In this document: piece by piece, positions 8,015 to 18,571 of the stretch
How positions within the stretch are numbered: the stretch's first letter is position 1
Layout: each line of letters starts with the position of its first letter
Assembly (NCBI GenBank): GCA_964632315.1
Contig: CAZWEM010000013.1
Location: 1-64,000, forward strand
Direction: 5' to 3'
DNA: 64,000 nucleotides
Source of the DNA: an uncultured archaeon
Lineage (GTDB): Archaea; Asgardarchaeota; Lokiarchaeia; Sigyniarchaeales; SOKP01
Program-made: the position numbers and the translations under genes
The notes under the pieces: generated by a model
Told to the model about the DNA's origin: nothing
The model's database searches: none
What the model saw: only the letters and a program-made list of their open reading frames with translations

Positions 8015-10108
8015 ATGTCTGACCTAATTATTGTAGATATAACAGAAAACGAGAAAGTACATTTAAATACCAACTCTGAATTGGTTGATGTGGTTGGAAA
8101 TGGGAAGTTAATTATAAAGAATCCTTCAAAAAAAAGTAGACTGTGGAACTTAAATTGTGATTTAAAGGAAACAGTGAATACAACAATTGAAACAAGAGAC
8201 ATCAATGTTGGTATACTAAATCCAATGCAAGATTATTCTCAAGAATATGAAATACAAAATCTAAAGAATTCATCATTATTAGCCACTGAGATTTTTGACA
8301 CCAACACTAAAAATAATAATCAAGTGAATGATACTTTTCTTTTGAACTATGAAAATAAATGTAATTTGAAAATTATCCTCGAAAACCCATTAGATACCAT
8401 CATTTCAAATATTAAGGTTAATAAAAACATTCCTCCTTTTTTCCAAGAAATAGAAGTTTTAACTCCTTCTAATGGAAATGCTGGATTATTGGAAGAAGCG
8501 GGTTCTAAATTTATCACTTGGAACATAATTTCATTAGAACCTAAACAAAAAGCAGAGTTACAAGTTATGTGTACCGTTAATCCCAACGAAACTGATGAGA
8601 AATCTTTGGGAGAGTTGAATATAACATATTTAATTAATAATTACAAACGCACTTTAATTAATCCAGAAGTAAGAGGCTTAACAGATTCTATGAGTGGGAT
8701 TGATAGAGATGAAGGATCTGAACCTGGAATATGGAATTGCTCTGTTGAGTTTATTAACGAATCTGAATTTCAAATACGATTAGAAGATGTAAAAGTATCC
8801 CATAAAATCCCTACAGGAACTGAAATTGTTGTATCACAAACTCCTGGGAGACTATTGAATCCAGAACAATCATGGGATTATGGATTCAAAATTGAGGCTA
8901 AGGATGTTCCTGAATTGACTTCCACCATTGATTTTACTCCCCTTTATGTAGTTATAACGAGAGTTATAGGAGAAATCAATAAAAATTCAACAGTTTATAA
9001 TGTTTTAAGTGCGAAAATCGAAAAAGATATAAATCCCGTAGAAGTGGATGCTTATGCTAATACTGATATGCAAATTAGTAATAAAATCCTGAATGATGGG
9101 ACACAAAATATAGAAGAATTAATTCTTGTTGATCAAATCCCTGCAGATTTCATACCCCCCTCTTTGAATGACTTGAAAATTGAATTGGAAGGGATTGATA
9201 TTAGTTCAAGAACGGATTTTACACAAAAACTAGAATTACAGCCTGATGATCAAGATCCAGATAATTCACATAAGTTGCTTATTGAACTTATGAAATTATC
9301 AAATAATTTTCAACCAAATAAAACATTATTAATATCATATCCATTTAAAGCAAGAAATCCGAGACCCCCGACTGAGACAAAATATCTCTCTCCCGTTCAA
9401 TTAAAAGTCAATAGTCCAATCCAAGGTGAATATTTCATAATACAACCAAAGATTGAACCTGAAATTAAAGTCAAATATGTAGCACGGAAGTTAAAAACTT
9501 TAAAAAGCATAAAACCCGGGCTATCTGAGGGAGAATTCTCGATTTCAGTAAGAATTCAAAATAAAGGAGATGTTGAATTAGAAAATATTCTTATTAAAGA
9601 AAAACTCCCAAATGGGTTTGAATTGACAGAAATTAATATAGACTCTTACGATGTGCTAGAGATAGAAGGTTATAAAGTACTACAGATAAAATTACAAGAA
9701 TTAAAAGGAAATGATTCCAAAACATTGAATTACAACTGTTCTGGAAAAGGAGAATATCCAAGATATGAACCAGAAGTAGTTGTTTTAGGACGAAAAGACT
9801 CTGAACCAAATACGGAAGGGGAAAAAAAAGTAGTTGAAGGAGAAGTTACATCTATTTCTCCTGAAAAGAAGGCGATAGTTAATGATTTATTCATTAATAT
9901 ACAGAAAAAAATTGATGAGACAATATCAGCAATGGATTTAGGATTATATATTGAATCTATAAGAGATAAATTTCCTCCGGGTCCAGTTTTACATCAATTC
10001 ATGCAATTTTCTAATGACATCAAGTTGAAAGCTGACAAATTAATTGTAGGCTCTCTTAGGGATGAGGTTAATGCAAAATTGTCAGAATATAGAAAAAAAT
10101 ATACTTAA
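8015..10108 (+). CDS. Hypothetical cytoplasmic multi-beta-sandwich protein (mu-homology/DUF11-like domains)
   Basis: 697-aa ORF, no signal peptide. Repeated beta-sandwich motif (ENPLDTIISNIKVNKNIP; LNDGTQNIEELILVDQIP; QNKGDVELENILIKEKLP) and a helical C-terminus. Confidence 0.6.
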   Translation: MSDLIIVDITENEKVHLNTNSELVDVVGNGKLIIKNPSKKSRLWNLNCDLKETVNTTIETRDINVGILNPMQDYSQEYEIQNLKNSSLLATEIFDTNTKNNNQVNDTFLLNYENKCNLKIILENPLDTIISNIKVNKNIPPFFQEIEVLTPSNGNAGLLEEAGSKFITWNIISLEPKQKAELQVMCTVNPNETDEKSLGELNITYLINNYKRTLINPEVRGLTDSMSGIDRDEGSEPGIWNCSVEFINESEFQIRLEDVKVSHKIPTGTEIVVSQTPGRLLNPEQSWDYGFKIEAKDVPELTSTIDFTPLYVVITRVIGEINKNSTVYNVLSAKIEKDINPVEVDAYANTDMQISNKILNDGTQNIEELILVDQIPADFIPPSLNDLKIELEGIDISSRTDFTQKLELQPDDQDPDNSHKLLIELMKLSNNFQPNKTLLISYPFKARNPRPPTETKYLSPVQLKVNSPIQGEYFIIQPKIEPEIKVKYVARKLKTLKSIKPGLSEGEFSISVRIQNKGDVELENILIKEKLPNGFELTEINIDSYDVLEIEGYKVLQIKLQELKGNDSKTLNYNCSGKGEYPRYEPEVVVLGRKDSEPNTEGEKKVVEGEVTSISPEKKAIVNDLFINIQKKIDETISAMDLGLYIESIRDKFPPGPVLHQFMQFSNDIKLKADKLIVGSLRDEVNAKLSEYRKKYT

Positions 10109-10164
10109 AACATATTTTATTTTAATTTCTTTTTAGAAACTTTCATAATCAGTTATAAATTATT

Positions 10165-11256
10165 TTGCAAATAATGGATGCCAAAGAACGTTATTTAGCC
10201 GTATATGATGATTCAGAACGTTTTAAACTAGATAAAGTTCCTAGATTTGTGCAATATGTTCGAGAAGAATTTATAATTAAACACAGATCGAAATTAAACC
10301 TTAACTTAGCAAAAGATTTTTCAAATATGACTTACTTTTCTGTTCCTTTTGAATTAGGATTCGATGCGGTTTTTGCACCCTTTCCATTATGCGTGAAAGT
10401 AAAAAGCTTAAAAATCGAATTAGATAATGGTGAATTTCTTAAAATTGGAGAAGATGGACAGAAAGTTCATAAAAAAAGTGAATATTACGAAGGAGGATTC
10501 ATTCATTCAATGGAAATTTTAGATGAATTGAAAAGTAATTTGAAAATTCTTGATAAGAATGAAGATATCCAAAGAGTGGTTAATAATTATGAAAAATTCA
10601 GTGATAAAATTTTTCCAATATTGATGCTTGATGGTATTTTTGATAGAGTATGGAAGAGTATGGGCATTGTACGATTTAGCTTGCATTATAAAAATAATAG
10701 TAAACTTTATCGAGAACTCATAAAGTTCTATTCTGAAATCACGGAGTTAAACTTATCTGGATTAATAAATGCAACCCAAAATAAATCAAGAATTATTAAT
10801 ATTCTAGATGATCTCGCATTCAAAGGAAGAAGCTTTATTCCTCCCGAAAGATGGAAGCGAGACATAATGCCAAGTTATAAGAAAATTACGTCTTTAATAA
10901 AAGATTCAGGAATGATCCCTCAAATTCATTCTGATGGGGACATAACAGAACTAATATCTCTTTTAGAGGAAGCGGGATTCCAAGGATTACAAGGATGGGA
11001 GGGAGGATGTGATCCTTATTATATTAATGATAATTTTCCAAATTTCGTTGTAATTGGGTTTGGGGACGTAAGTAATATACTCCCATATGGATCTATCGAA
11101 AAAATAACCAATCATGTAAAAGATTTAATGACGGCATTAAAAGAAAACCGACACTTCGTAATTGGACCTAGTAAAGTCATTCATGAAAAAATTCCCTTGG
11201 AAAATATTCAACGTTTTATTTTAGCAGCAGATGAATTCGGTAAATATTCAAATTAA
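10165..11256 (+). CDS. Uroporphyrinogen decarboxylase (URO-D/MtaA-like) family protein; probable start ATG 10174
   Basis: KERYLA N-terminus, DDLAFKGRSFIPP, HSDGDI, GDVS, HEKIPLENI. Confidence 0.75.
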   Translation: MQIMDAKERYLAVYDDSERFKLDKVPRFVQYVREEFIIKHRSKLNLNLAKDFSNMTYFSVPFELGFDAVFAPFPLCVKVKSLKIELDNGEFLKIGEDGQKVHKKSEYYEGGFIHSMEILDELKSNLKILDKNEDIQRVVNNYEKFSDKIFPILMLDGIFDRVWKSMGIVRFSLHYKNNSKLYRELIKFYSEITELNLSGLINATQNKSRIINILDDLAFKGRSFIPPERWKRDIMPSYKKITSLIKDSGMIPQIHSDGDITELISLLEEAGFQGLQGWEGGCDPYYINDNFPNFVVIGFGDVSNILPYGSIEKITNHVKDLMTALKENRHFVIGPSKVIHEKIPLENIQRFILAADEFGKYSN

Positions 11257-11295
11257 CTTTCATTATTTCTATTACAAACAAATGAAAATAGAAAA

Positions 11296-11904
11296 TTGAT
11301 TGCCATAATTCTGATTTTGGTTATTTTTATTGGATATTTGATTGGTTACTTATGGTACATAAGAATAATATACAAGAGAGAACTCCTACAATCTTGGTTT
11401 ATTTATTTCTCAATGCTTCTCTTGTTCTCCATTTTGATTATTAATTCTAGTGTTTTTTCAGCTTTTTTTAAAGAAAATCTTAGTTATTTTGGAAATCTTT
11501 GGACATGGTTTACTGTATTAGGAATTCTTTTGCTAGTAAGCGGTGTAAGAATAATGCAACTTGCCAATCGCTTACTTGGCAAAAATAAAAAAATTTATTC
11601 TACAGAGAAGATTTTTAAGATAATGAGATTTCCTAAGTATTCAGCTCTTTTTTTAATATATTATGGTTTAGCTATCTTACTAGATTCCTTTATTGGAATT
11701 CTTTTTATCCCCTTGTTTATAGTTTTATTAGAAATCATTGTTAATCTCGAAGAGAAGAAGGTTTTATTAAAAAAATATAAAAAATCGTATGAAAATTATA
11801 TGCAAAAAACTCCAGCTAAATTATTTCCCAATCCCTACAATTATGTTATTATAATTATAACTGTACTCATATTTTATATTGGATTTTTTAAATTTTTCAT
11901 GTAA
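11296..11904 (+). CDS. Isoprenylcysteine carboxyl methyltransferase/PEMT-like membrane protein
   Basis: Multiple TM helices; RFPKYS (RHPxY variant); EEKKVL..KY..SYENYMQKTP. Confidence 0.65.
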   Translation: MIAIILILVIFIGYLIGYLWYIRIIYKRELLQSWFIYFSMLLLFSILIINSSVFSAFFKENLSYFGNLWTWFTVLGILLLVSGVRIMQLANRLLGKNKKIYSTEKIFKIMRFPKYSALFLIYYGLAILLDSFIGILFIPLFIVLLEIIVNLEEKKVLLKKYKKSYENYMQKTPAKLFPNPYNYVIIIITVLIFYIGFFKFFM

Positions 11905-11931
11905 ATTTAAATCTAACTATAAATAAGATTT

Positions 11932-13134
11932 TCAATGCCTTTCAAATATTTGAATTTCTTTTCGAATTAACTTCTGAAAGTTCTCAATCTCATCCAATCT
12001 TTTCTGGAAAACATTCAATTCTTCTATATTTGATCCTGAATGCTTACCTCGATACTTTTCTACATTGAAATTATAGGTTTTTAGTTGGTTAATTGACTTC
12101 TCCATTGACGATAAATATGATTTTGGTCCTATCTTAGAATTTTTAAATATCTTTAAAACCAGGTCAAAATTATCAACTGAATTTTTCCAGTTTTTTATCT
12201 TTTTTTCCTGCTTCAATTCTATTATTGTTTGATCAATATTCTCTAATAAAATTTTAAAGATAGTTGAGATATCGATCTTCTCTTTTAACTTAGCAGGTTT
12301 AGCCTTGCTCTCTATTTCATCGATAATCTTTTTAGTGTGTATTATTGAGATTGGTTTTTCATTATTTCTTTCTTCCTCTTCAGTTTCAATCTCATTCAGT
12401 ACTTCATAATCCGTTATCAACTTAAATTCATCAACTTCAAGTTGAGTTATGAGTGGAGTGAATCTGACTTGTAATTGAACTTCTGCATAATACTCATCAT
12501 TTTTTCTTAAAATTTGAGTATAATCTTGAACACTCTCACCACCAATTGGAGCAAATAATACACCTTGCTTTCTATCAAGTTGATTTAATAAAGTATTAAT
12601 CCTTGAAGTTTCAATTGCTCCTGTCACCAAGATTTTTTGCCAAGGACTAAATTTTGGTAATCCTTCTAATGGATTTTTAATAATCACTTCAATATGATCT
12701 TGGAGATTTAACTTTTCAATATTTCTTTGAGTGATTTTCGCAATACGTGAATTAGCTTCTAAAATCTTGATCTTCCCTTTAGGTGCCATCTTATGAGCAA
12801 GTGCAGAAATATAACCACTTTTAGCACCTAATACTAAAAGATCATCATCTTCTTTAAGTAATAAATTTTGAAGCATAATAACGATCATATGAGGTGCTGA
12901 GATTGTTCTTATGTTTTCTGGATGCTCTTTATCAAAGTAAAAGAGAGTGGGAGAATCTTCGTAAATATTTCCTATATGTAATTTTTGAATGTATTTACGG
13001 ACTCTTAAAGGAACAAATTCCATAAGGTTCAATTCCAGAAATGCTTTAAACAACCTTATGTCTGATAAATGTCCACCTGAAATCAAATAATATAACAATT
13101 GAAGTTTTCCTTGAAATGATTTTGGGTCTTCCAA
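11932..13134 (-). CDS. pcm: Protein-L-isoaspartate O-methyltransferase-like protein with C-terminal helical extension
   Basis: TISAPHM, LVLGAKSGY (SAM motif variant), ILVTGA, LFAPIG, VRFTPL. Confidence 0.7.
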   Translation of the reverse strand: MEDPKSFQGKLQLLYYLISGGHLSDIRLFKAFLELNLMEFVPLRVRKYIQKLHIGNIYEDSPTLFYFDKEHPENIRTISAPHMIVIMLQNLLLKEDDDLLVLGAKSGYISALAHKMAPKGKIKILEANSRIAKITQRNIEKLNLQDHIEVIIKNPLEGLPKFSPWQKILVTGAIETSRINTLLNQLDRKQGVLFAPIGGESVQDYTQILRKNDEYYAEVQLQVRFTPLITQLEVDEFKLITDYEVLNEIETEEEERNNEKPISIIHTKKIIDEIESKAKPAKLKEKIDISTIFKILLENIDQTIIELKQEKKIKNWKNSVDNFDLVLKIFKNSKIGPKSYLSSMEKSINQLKTYNFNVEKYRGKHSGSNIEELNVFQKRLDEIENFQKLIRKEIQIFERH

Positions 13135-13225
13135 TTTTATCAGTAAACTAAAGATAATAACAACTATTATATTTTGTTATAATAAATATTAAAATTCATT
13201 GATTAAAAACTTAGGATTTTAAAGT

Positions 13226-13810
13226 ATGTTCTTTTTAACAATTCAAAGCATTAAAGAATCGAGATTGACACTAGGCATACTTACTGTTAATGTTATTTTA
13301 TTTTTTATTTTAAATGTCTCCAATTACTCTAATCTTTTTTATTTAATGATATTAATAAATGATAATGTTATTAATCATTTTGAACTCTGGCGTTTATTTA
13401 CCTCAATGTTTGTTCATGGGGGTTATTCCCATTTATTATCAAATATGTTTGCTTTAGTCTTATTTGGCAGTTACATCGAGCATATTTTTCCAAAAGTTCA
13501 ATATTTACTTATTTATTTCATATCTGGATTAGTTGGGAATATTTTTACGTTGTTTCTCTTTCCATTGTACACGGTTAGTCTTGGTGCATCTGGTGCAATT
13601 TTCGGACTTATTGGAGCTTATTTCATCACGATTTTGTATGAAAGAGAGATTGCACTCTTATATATCGCATTTTTTTACTTATTATTTTTCATAATATCTT
13701 CACTTGCTCCAGGTATTAACCTATGGGCACATCTATTTGGGCTTTTAACGGGGTTAGGGATGAGTTACATCTTTGTAAAGTACTCATCCAATCTCTCTAA
13801 AGTTGAGTGA
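13226..13810 (+). CDS. Rhomboid intramembrane serine protease
   Basis: WRLFTSMFVH, HLLSNM, GASGAIFG (catalytic Ser), AHLFG (catalytic His). Confidence 0.92.
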   Translation: MFFLTIQSIKESRLTLGILTVNVILFFILNVSNYSNLFYLMILINDNVINHFELWRLFTSMFVHGGYSHLLSNMFALVLFGSYIEHIFPKVQYLLIYFISGLVGNIFTLFLFPLYTVSLGASGAIFGLIGAYFITILYEREIALLYIAFFYLLFFIISSLAPGINLWAHLFGLLTGLGMSYIFVKYSSNLSKVE

Positions 13811-13812
13811 AT

Positions 13813-14478
13813 TTATGGTGATCTTTTCTTACTTTTTGCTTTTAATTCCATGGAAAAATCTTTTGGGCAAATTTGATTAAGAGGACACACTTCACATCTA
13901 GGATTATTAGGAAGGCAAGTTTCTTGACCAAACCGTACGAGTAACCTATTAATTCTAATCCATTGATCCTTAGGGATTTTTGATTTCAGTTCTTCTTCAG
14001 TTTGTTCTGGTTTAGTCGTTTTTACCCACTGAAGGCGATTAGAGATTCGATGGACATGAGTATCAACTGGGATAGCCGGCACCTTAAAAGCATAAACTAA
14101 AACACAATTAGCCGTTTTTGGGCCTACTCCTGGTAACTTAATTAAATCCTTATAATCTTTTGGAACTATTCCATTGAATTTTTTCATAATTATACTAGAT
14201 ACTTCTTTTATTCTCTGAGCTTTTACTCTATAAAATCCCGCTTTACGGATTAGATCCTCTAATTTACCAAGATCTGCATTAGCAATCATATCAGGACTCT
14301 TATATTTTGAAAATAAGGAATTCGTGGCTTGACGTGTATTTTCATCACGAGTTCGCGCTGAAAGAATGGTTGATATAAGTATTTTAAAAGGGTCTTGCTT
14401 TTGAGAAGCCAGTTCATCTAAATGTGCTTCCCCTTCTAAATTTTCTTCGATCGTATTTAAAATGTCTCTATATTCCAT
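13813..14478 (-). CDS. nth: Endonuclease III (HhH-GPD, 4Fe-4S)
   Basis: [23 protein letters not shown]6-C-X2-C-X5-C cluster. Confidence 0.93.
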   Translation of the reverse strand: MEYRDILNTIEENLEGEAHLDELASQKQDPFKILISTILSARTRDENTRQATNSLFSKYKSPDMIANADLGKLEDLIRKAGFYRVKAQRIKEVSSIIMKKFNGIVPKDYKDLIKLPGVGPKTANCVLVYAFKVPAIPVDTHVHRISNRLQWVKTTKPEQTEEELKSKIPKDQWIRINRLLVRFGQETCLPNNPRCEVCPLNQICPKDFSMELKAKSKKRSP

Positions 14479-14487
14479 CTTAACTTG

Positions 14488-15888
14488 CTATAACTTTTCA
14501 AAAATGTATATTTTTCTTTTAATGACTTGTCCTTTTTTGGCATCAATTAATGATCTGACGCTTTTTTTTTTAAATTGGAGCCTAATATCTGATTTATTAA
14601 TAATCCTATCAGTATTTAAAACCGGAATTAACTTGAAATCTTTTTCTGCTGCTATTTTTTCTATATTTAATTGAAGATCTTCTCCTTCCAATGTTGATAT
14701 TATGGGTGCTGTAATTACTATTCTATGATTTGGTTTCAAAAGAAAGCGCGCTTGATCAAAAATCTCCGAATAAAGGGGATTTAATTGGTTTTCAATTAGT
14801 TTCATTGTGTCTTCAAAGGTAGGAGAGGTAGTATAGAAAGGTCCTAAATCGGGTTCACTACAAATTCCATCAAAAAAATTTTGGTTATAGTGTTTATGCA
14901 AATCTTTTAGTTCAATGTTTTTAATTCGTTCATTTAACAAATACGGAACAGGTTCTTCTAATTCATTTAACAACCATTTAACATTTCGAAGGGTGGATTC
15001 AACTTTTTGAGCATCTATATCAGAACCATAAACGTCAAAATCCTCTAAAACTCCAAACAGTATGATGGTTCCATTTCCAACAAACGGATCTAAAATTTTC
15101 TTCTTATTTCTCTTTTCGAATAAATTCAAGAAATTTAAAAGCATTAATGCTAATTTAGGGGATATAGCACTTTTGAATTCTTTTGAAGGCTTTTCTTCGT
15201 CAATTTTTCTTTTAAAGTTTGGATCGTCACATACAAACGTACGCCCAATATAAAGGCCTTCTTCTGTTATAGCAAAAACAATTTCCGCTCGGTCTTTATT
15301 AAATAAACCATACTTAATCAGATGATGGGGAAAAATTGGATTTAAATTACCTTTTTTAATATTTTTTTCAGGATACTTGTAATATAACGATTTCTTTGCT
15401 CCCATTTTTAAGAGTAAATTCATAATTTCAGTATTTAAGAAAGGAAGAAAATGCTTGACTAGGACATCTGTATAATAATTTTCATCATAAAAATTAGGAT
15501 AAATTGAGACTGCAAAAAATATATTTTCTCCTCTTATTTTAGGAAAAACTTTGGTTAAAATTTTTTTAATTATCTCTAAAATTTTATCTCTAGACTTAGA
15601 TACTTGTTTATATTTTTCAATAAAAAGAGGAAATGCTTCTTCTAAGATGTTAATATGAATAAAATCAAAGATTTTAACAATTTTTTGACATCCTCCCAAC
15701 ATGTATTGCAATTCCATCAATTCATTAATATAATGTTTTTCTTTGAGGATATTATCAAATTCAACTACTGCAACATTAGCAGAGTAATCAACGATCCTAC
15801 CCTTGAATTTTGAATTCTGCAATACATTATCTAATTCTGCTAATGATAGTTGGAAATTTGAGCCTAATACAAACAAGAATTTATCCAT
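14488..15888 (-). CDS. THUMP-type tRNA (guanine-N2) methyltransferase (Trm11/Trm14-like, UPF0020)
   Basis: AISPKLALML, LDPFVGNGTI, GSDID, SEPDLG. Confidence 0.75.
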   Translation of the reverse strand: MDKFLFVLGSNFQLSLAELDNVLQNSKFKGRIVDYSANVAVVEFDNILKEKHYINELMELQYMLGGCQKIVKIFDFIHINILEEAFPLFIEKYKQVSKSRDKILEIIKKILTKVFPKIRGENIFFAVSIYPNFYDENYYTDVLVKHFLPFLNTEIMNLLLKMGAKKSLYYKYPEKNIKKGNLNPIFPHHLIKYGLFNKDRAEIVFAITEEGLYIGRTFVCDDPNFKRKIDEEKPSKEFKSAISPKLALMLLNFLNLFEKRNKKKILDPFVGNGTIILFGVLEDFDVYGSDIDAQKVESTLRNVKWLLNELEEPVPYLLNERIKNIELKDLHKHYNQNFFDGICSEPDLGPFYTTSPTFEDTMKLIENQLNPLYSEIFDQARFLLKPNHRIVITAPIISTLEGEDLQLNIEKIAAEKDFKLIPVLNTDRIINKSDIRLQFKKKSVRSLIDAKKGQVIKRKIYIFEKL

Positions 15889-15943
15889 AATTCAATAATT
15901 AATAAAAAATAGCAACATTTATGGCTTTTATTATGTAAAGCTT

Positions 15944-17212
15944 TTAATCATCTAATCCTAAAACATATCTAATGATGCGAATAATATCGGCTTTCCTAGC
16001 TTGTTTAGGTAAATGTATCTCATTTCGATTAGCAAATTCTTTTAACTCTTTCACAGTTAAATCTGATAAATTTTCAGGTAAATTTTTTAAAATTTCTTCA
16101 CGGATTTCTCCTGATTCAAGAGACTCTTCATCATCCTCTAAATCTATAGAAATTTCATATTTTTCTCCCGAAACTTCTTCAATTGCTTGTATGATATCCT
16201 TTAGATCTCCTTTCTTTCGTTTTGGAATCAATTCCAGTACTTCATCATCAATTTTTTGATCGAGTTCTTCAGTTTCCCTCATTTCAAATCTTTCTTTCTG
16301 CTGTTCCTTAAATTCTTTCATTATGCTCTTATAATTATCTTTAAAGTACTTCAAGCTGACATTTATGATATCTGAAAAATTTATCCAATTATCTTCTTTA
16401 ATGATTGAATTAGCCCAGTGAAAAAGACTGCGTTGAAGGTCTATTGTTATAACTTTTCCTTCAGAGGAAATATCTAAAGTTAACCAACGTAAAATATTTG
16501 CGATAAAAATATCATTATCAAACGCGGAGAAACCATATTCTCTTCCAAGACTAGAAAATATTGATAAACTTCCAAACGCAACCACTTTTCCTTTATAGTA
16601 TTCTGCTGAAACCACTAATGGAATATTTGGTGAATCCTCTTCAATCCATTTATCATCTACGAATACTTTATGCCAACAATTTAAACCCCCTCTAACAAGG
16701 ACTTCAACATTCCTTTTCTTGTCATTATCAGAAAATTCTATGGTCTTTATAGAACAAGCACTCGATAGGACAAATTTTTTAATTTGATCTGTAATGTAAT
16801 GAGGCTTAAAATCTTCGAGAATGGGTCTCTTTTGTAAATTTACGTATTTAACTGAATCAGATATATCGTCAATGGTGAATTCAAACCCGAAATTACGTGT
16901 TAATGAATTTAAATTAGTCCTATTAATATAATCTCCTCCCCTAGTACTTACCAAGAGTAAACTCCCTCCATTTTTTACGTATTGCTCCAGATTTTCAAGC
17001 TCTTGAGGAGTAAGATTAATATTTTTTGGTGTCGAGATGATGATTGCATTATAATCTTTAAGTTTTACAGCTGAAGCAAATCCTGCCTCAATTTTCCCTA
17101 ATTTATACCCAGAAGCGAATAAAAATTGGGTAAAATCGGCGTAAGAAGACGCTTCTAATGTAAGCATGTTATTGTGAGAATAATCAAGTCCTATTGTTAT
17201 GTCGCCACTCAT
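15944..17212 (-). CDS. GIFT/IFT52-like (GATase-fold, DUF4350-like) protein with RHH-like and C-terminal Rho-N/HeH domains
   Basis: IGLDYSHN...YVKNGGSLLL...TNLNSL...GKVVAFGSLSIFS...DNDIF; C-terminal LTVKELKEFANRNEI...RKADII. Confidence 0.65.
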   Translation of the reverse strand: MSGDITIGLDYSHNNMLTLEASSYADFTQFLFASGYKLGKIEAGFASAVKLKDYNAIIISTPKNINLTPQELENLEQYVKNGGSLLLVSTRGGDYINRTNLNSLTRNFGFEFTIDDISDSVKYVNLQKRPILEDFKPHYITDQIKKFVLSSACSIKTIEFSDNDKKRNVEVLVRGGLNCWHKVFVDDKWIEEDSPNIPLVVSAEYYKGKVVAFGSLSIFSSLGREYGFSAFDNDIFIANILRWLTLDISSEGKVITIDLQRSLFHWANSIIKEDNWINFSDIINVSLKYFKDNYKSIMKEFKEQQKERFEMRETEELDQKIDDEVLELIPKRKKGDLKDIIQAIEEVSGEKYEISIDLEDDEESLESGEIREEILKNLPENLSDLTVKELKEFANRNEIHLPKQARKADIIRIIRYVLGLDD

Positions 17213-17329
17213 AAAGATTCAAATCTTTTTTCTTCTACTTTAAAGTAATAATATCTTTTCCTTATTTATATCTTATATAATCATCTAGATAATTCATATT
17301 AAAGAGTATTATAAAACAAAAAAAATAAG

Positions 17330-18433
17330 TTAGATTTTAATTTTGATATTTCTTTTTGCAAGTAAATAAGCAATGGCACCTTCAATTAAAATCGGAAGCA
17401 CACCGAAACATACCATTGTTACTATTGGGGTATTGAGAAGGAATTCTCTCGCAGAATCTACAACAGCACCTATAATAGCATCCCAAATGAAAGCAAGTAT
17501 AAATAAAAGAAGCATATTCTTACCCATTTCACTTAATAGTGGAACCTTGAAATCTAATTTATCAAATCCATAGAAAATTGTAATAAGGAACCCAGAAGCC
17601 CCAATCGCCAATAATGCTAAAGAAGTTGTAGCGTCAAGATGCTCAGCGGGTTGAATCCAATCAAAACAGTAAAAAGCGATAATTGCAATTGTCGAAGCAG
17701 GAAGGATCCTTCTCTTAAAACCAATATCAAGATTATTGGGATCCATTTTAAGCCATTGTGAAAAACTAGTTCCTGCGATTGCTATAGCAGCATGATTGAA
17801 TGCATTAAAAGGGAAGAATAGACTACCACCAGAGAGAAGGTTGAATTTATACTCAAACAAACCTGTAGCATATAGAATAGCATGAATAGTCATTATTCCA
17901 ATACTTAAATACATTCTATAGCTAGCATTCTTTCTGATTAAGTATGTAGCAAGATAAGCTGCGAACGTACCAATCGCAAGGTTTGCAAGAGTACCATACC
18001 ATAAAACCTCATCCCAAGGAATTGAACCGTCAAGTATTAGACCTCCTATAAGACCATCATCTAAAAATGCTAACCCATACAAAATTGCAACGCGGGTCAA
18101 TCCATGCTTCCAAGCAGCCAATGAACCTCTTTTCTCTAATCTACTTTTAAATGCAAGATATCCAACGAAACCTAATATAAACATGAAAATTTGCTGACCG
18201 ATATCAATAATCGTAATTAAAGCGGGATAACCGTTAAAATATTTAAATCCGTGATTTAGGAGAGGTGGTCCAATCCATGTAGACCCTGGCATGCTTGGAT
18301 CTCCACTTAAAGGCCAAGTTATCACTGAAATTATTAAAAAAATTATAATTAATCCCCGAAATTGATCCAACCACTCATATCTAACGTGTAATTTATTTTT
18401 ACTAACAGATTCTTCTTCAGAAATCTTGAACAC
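17330..18433 (-). CDS. HGSNAT/DUF1624-like membrane acyltransferase
   Basis: RYEWLDQFRGL N-terminal motif, about 10 TM helices, MGKNMLLLF. Confidence 0.7.
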   Translation of the reverse strand: MFKISEEESVSKNKLHVRYEWLDQFRGLIIIFLIISVITWPLSGDPSMPGSTWIGPPLLNHGFKYFNGYPALITIIDIGQQIFMFILGFVGYLAFKSRLEKRGSLAAWKHGLTRVAILYGLAFLDDGLIGGLILDGSIPWDEVLWYGTLANLAIGTFAAYLATYLIRKNASYRMYLSIGIMTIHAILYATGLFEYKFNLLSGGSLFFPFNAFNHAAIAIAGTSFSQWLKMDPNNLDIGFKRRILPASTIAIIAFYCFDWIQPAEHLDATTSLALLAIGASGFLITIFYGFDKLDFKVPLLSEMGKNMLLLFILAFIWDAIIGAVVDSAREFLLNTPIVTMVCFGVLPILIEGAIAYLLAKRNIKIKI

Positions 18434-18571
18434 CTACTTTTTTACCTTAATTATTAGTAACTGAAGATTTCACCTAACTTTATATAAAAATTTCGATCCG
18501 ATATAGATAAAAATTTATTAATATTGAAGTTTAAATACCTATAAATCAGAGCTTTAAATTGAAGAGTAGAG

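Noticed and set aside
10165-11256. hemE, or the MtaA partner of the corrinoid operon
   Set aside because: It has HSDG rather than the HxC Zn motif of MtaA, lies about 27 kb from the operon, and belongs to a large paralog family.
11296-11904. Eukaryote-like CAAX processing of the small GTPases
   Set aside because: The two complete Rab-like GTPases lack C-terminal Cys, and ICMT/PEMT-like proteins are widespread in prokaryotes.
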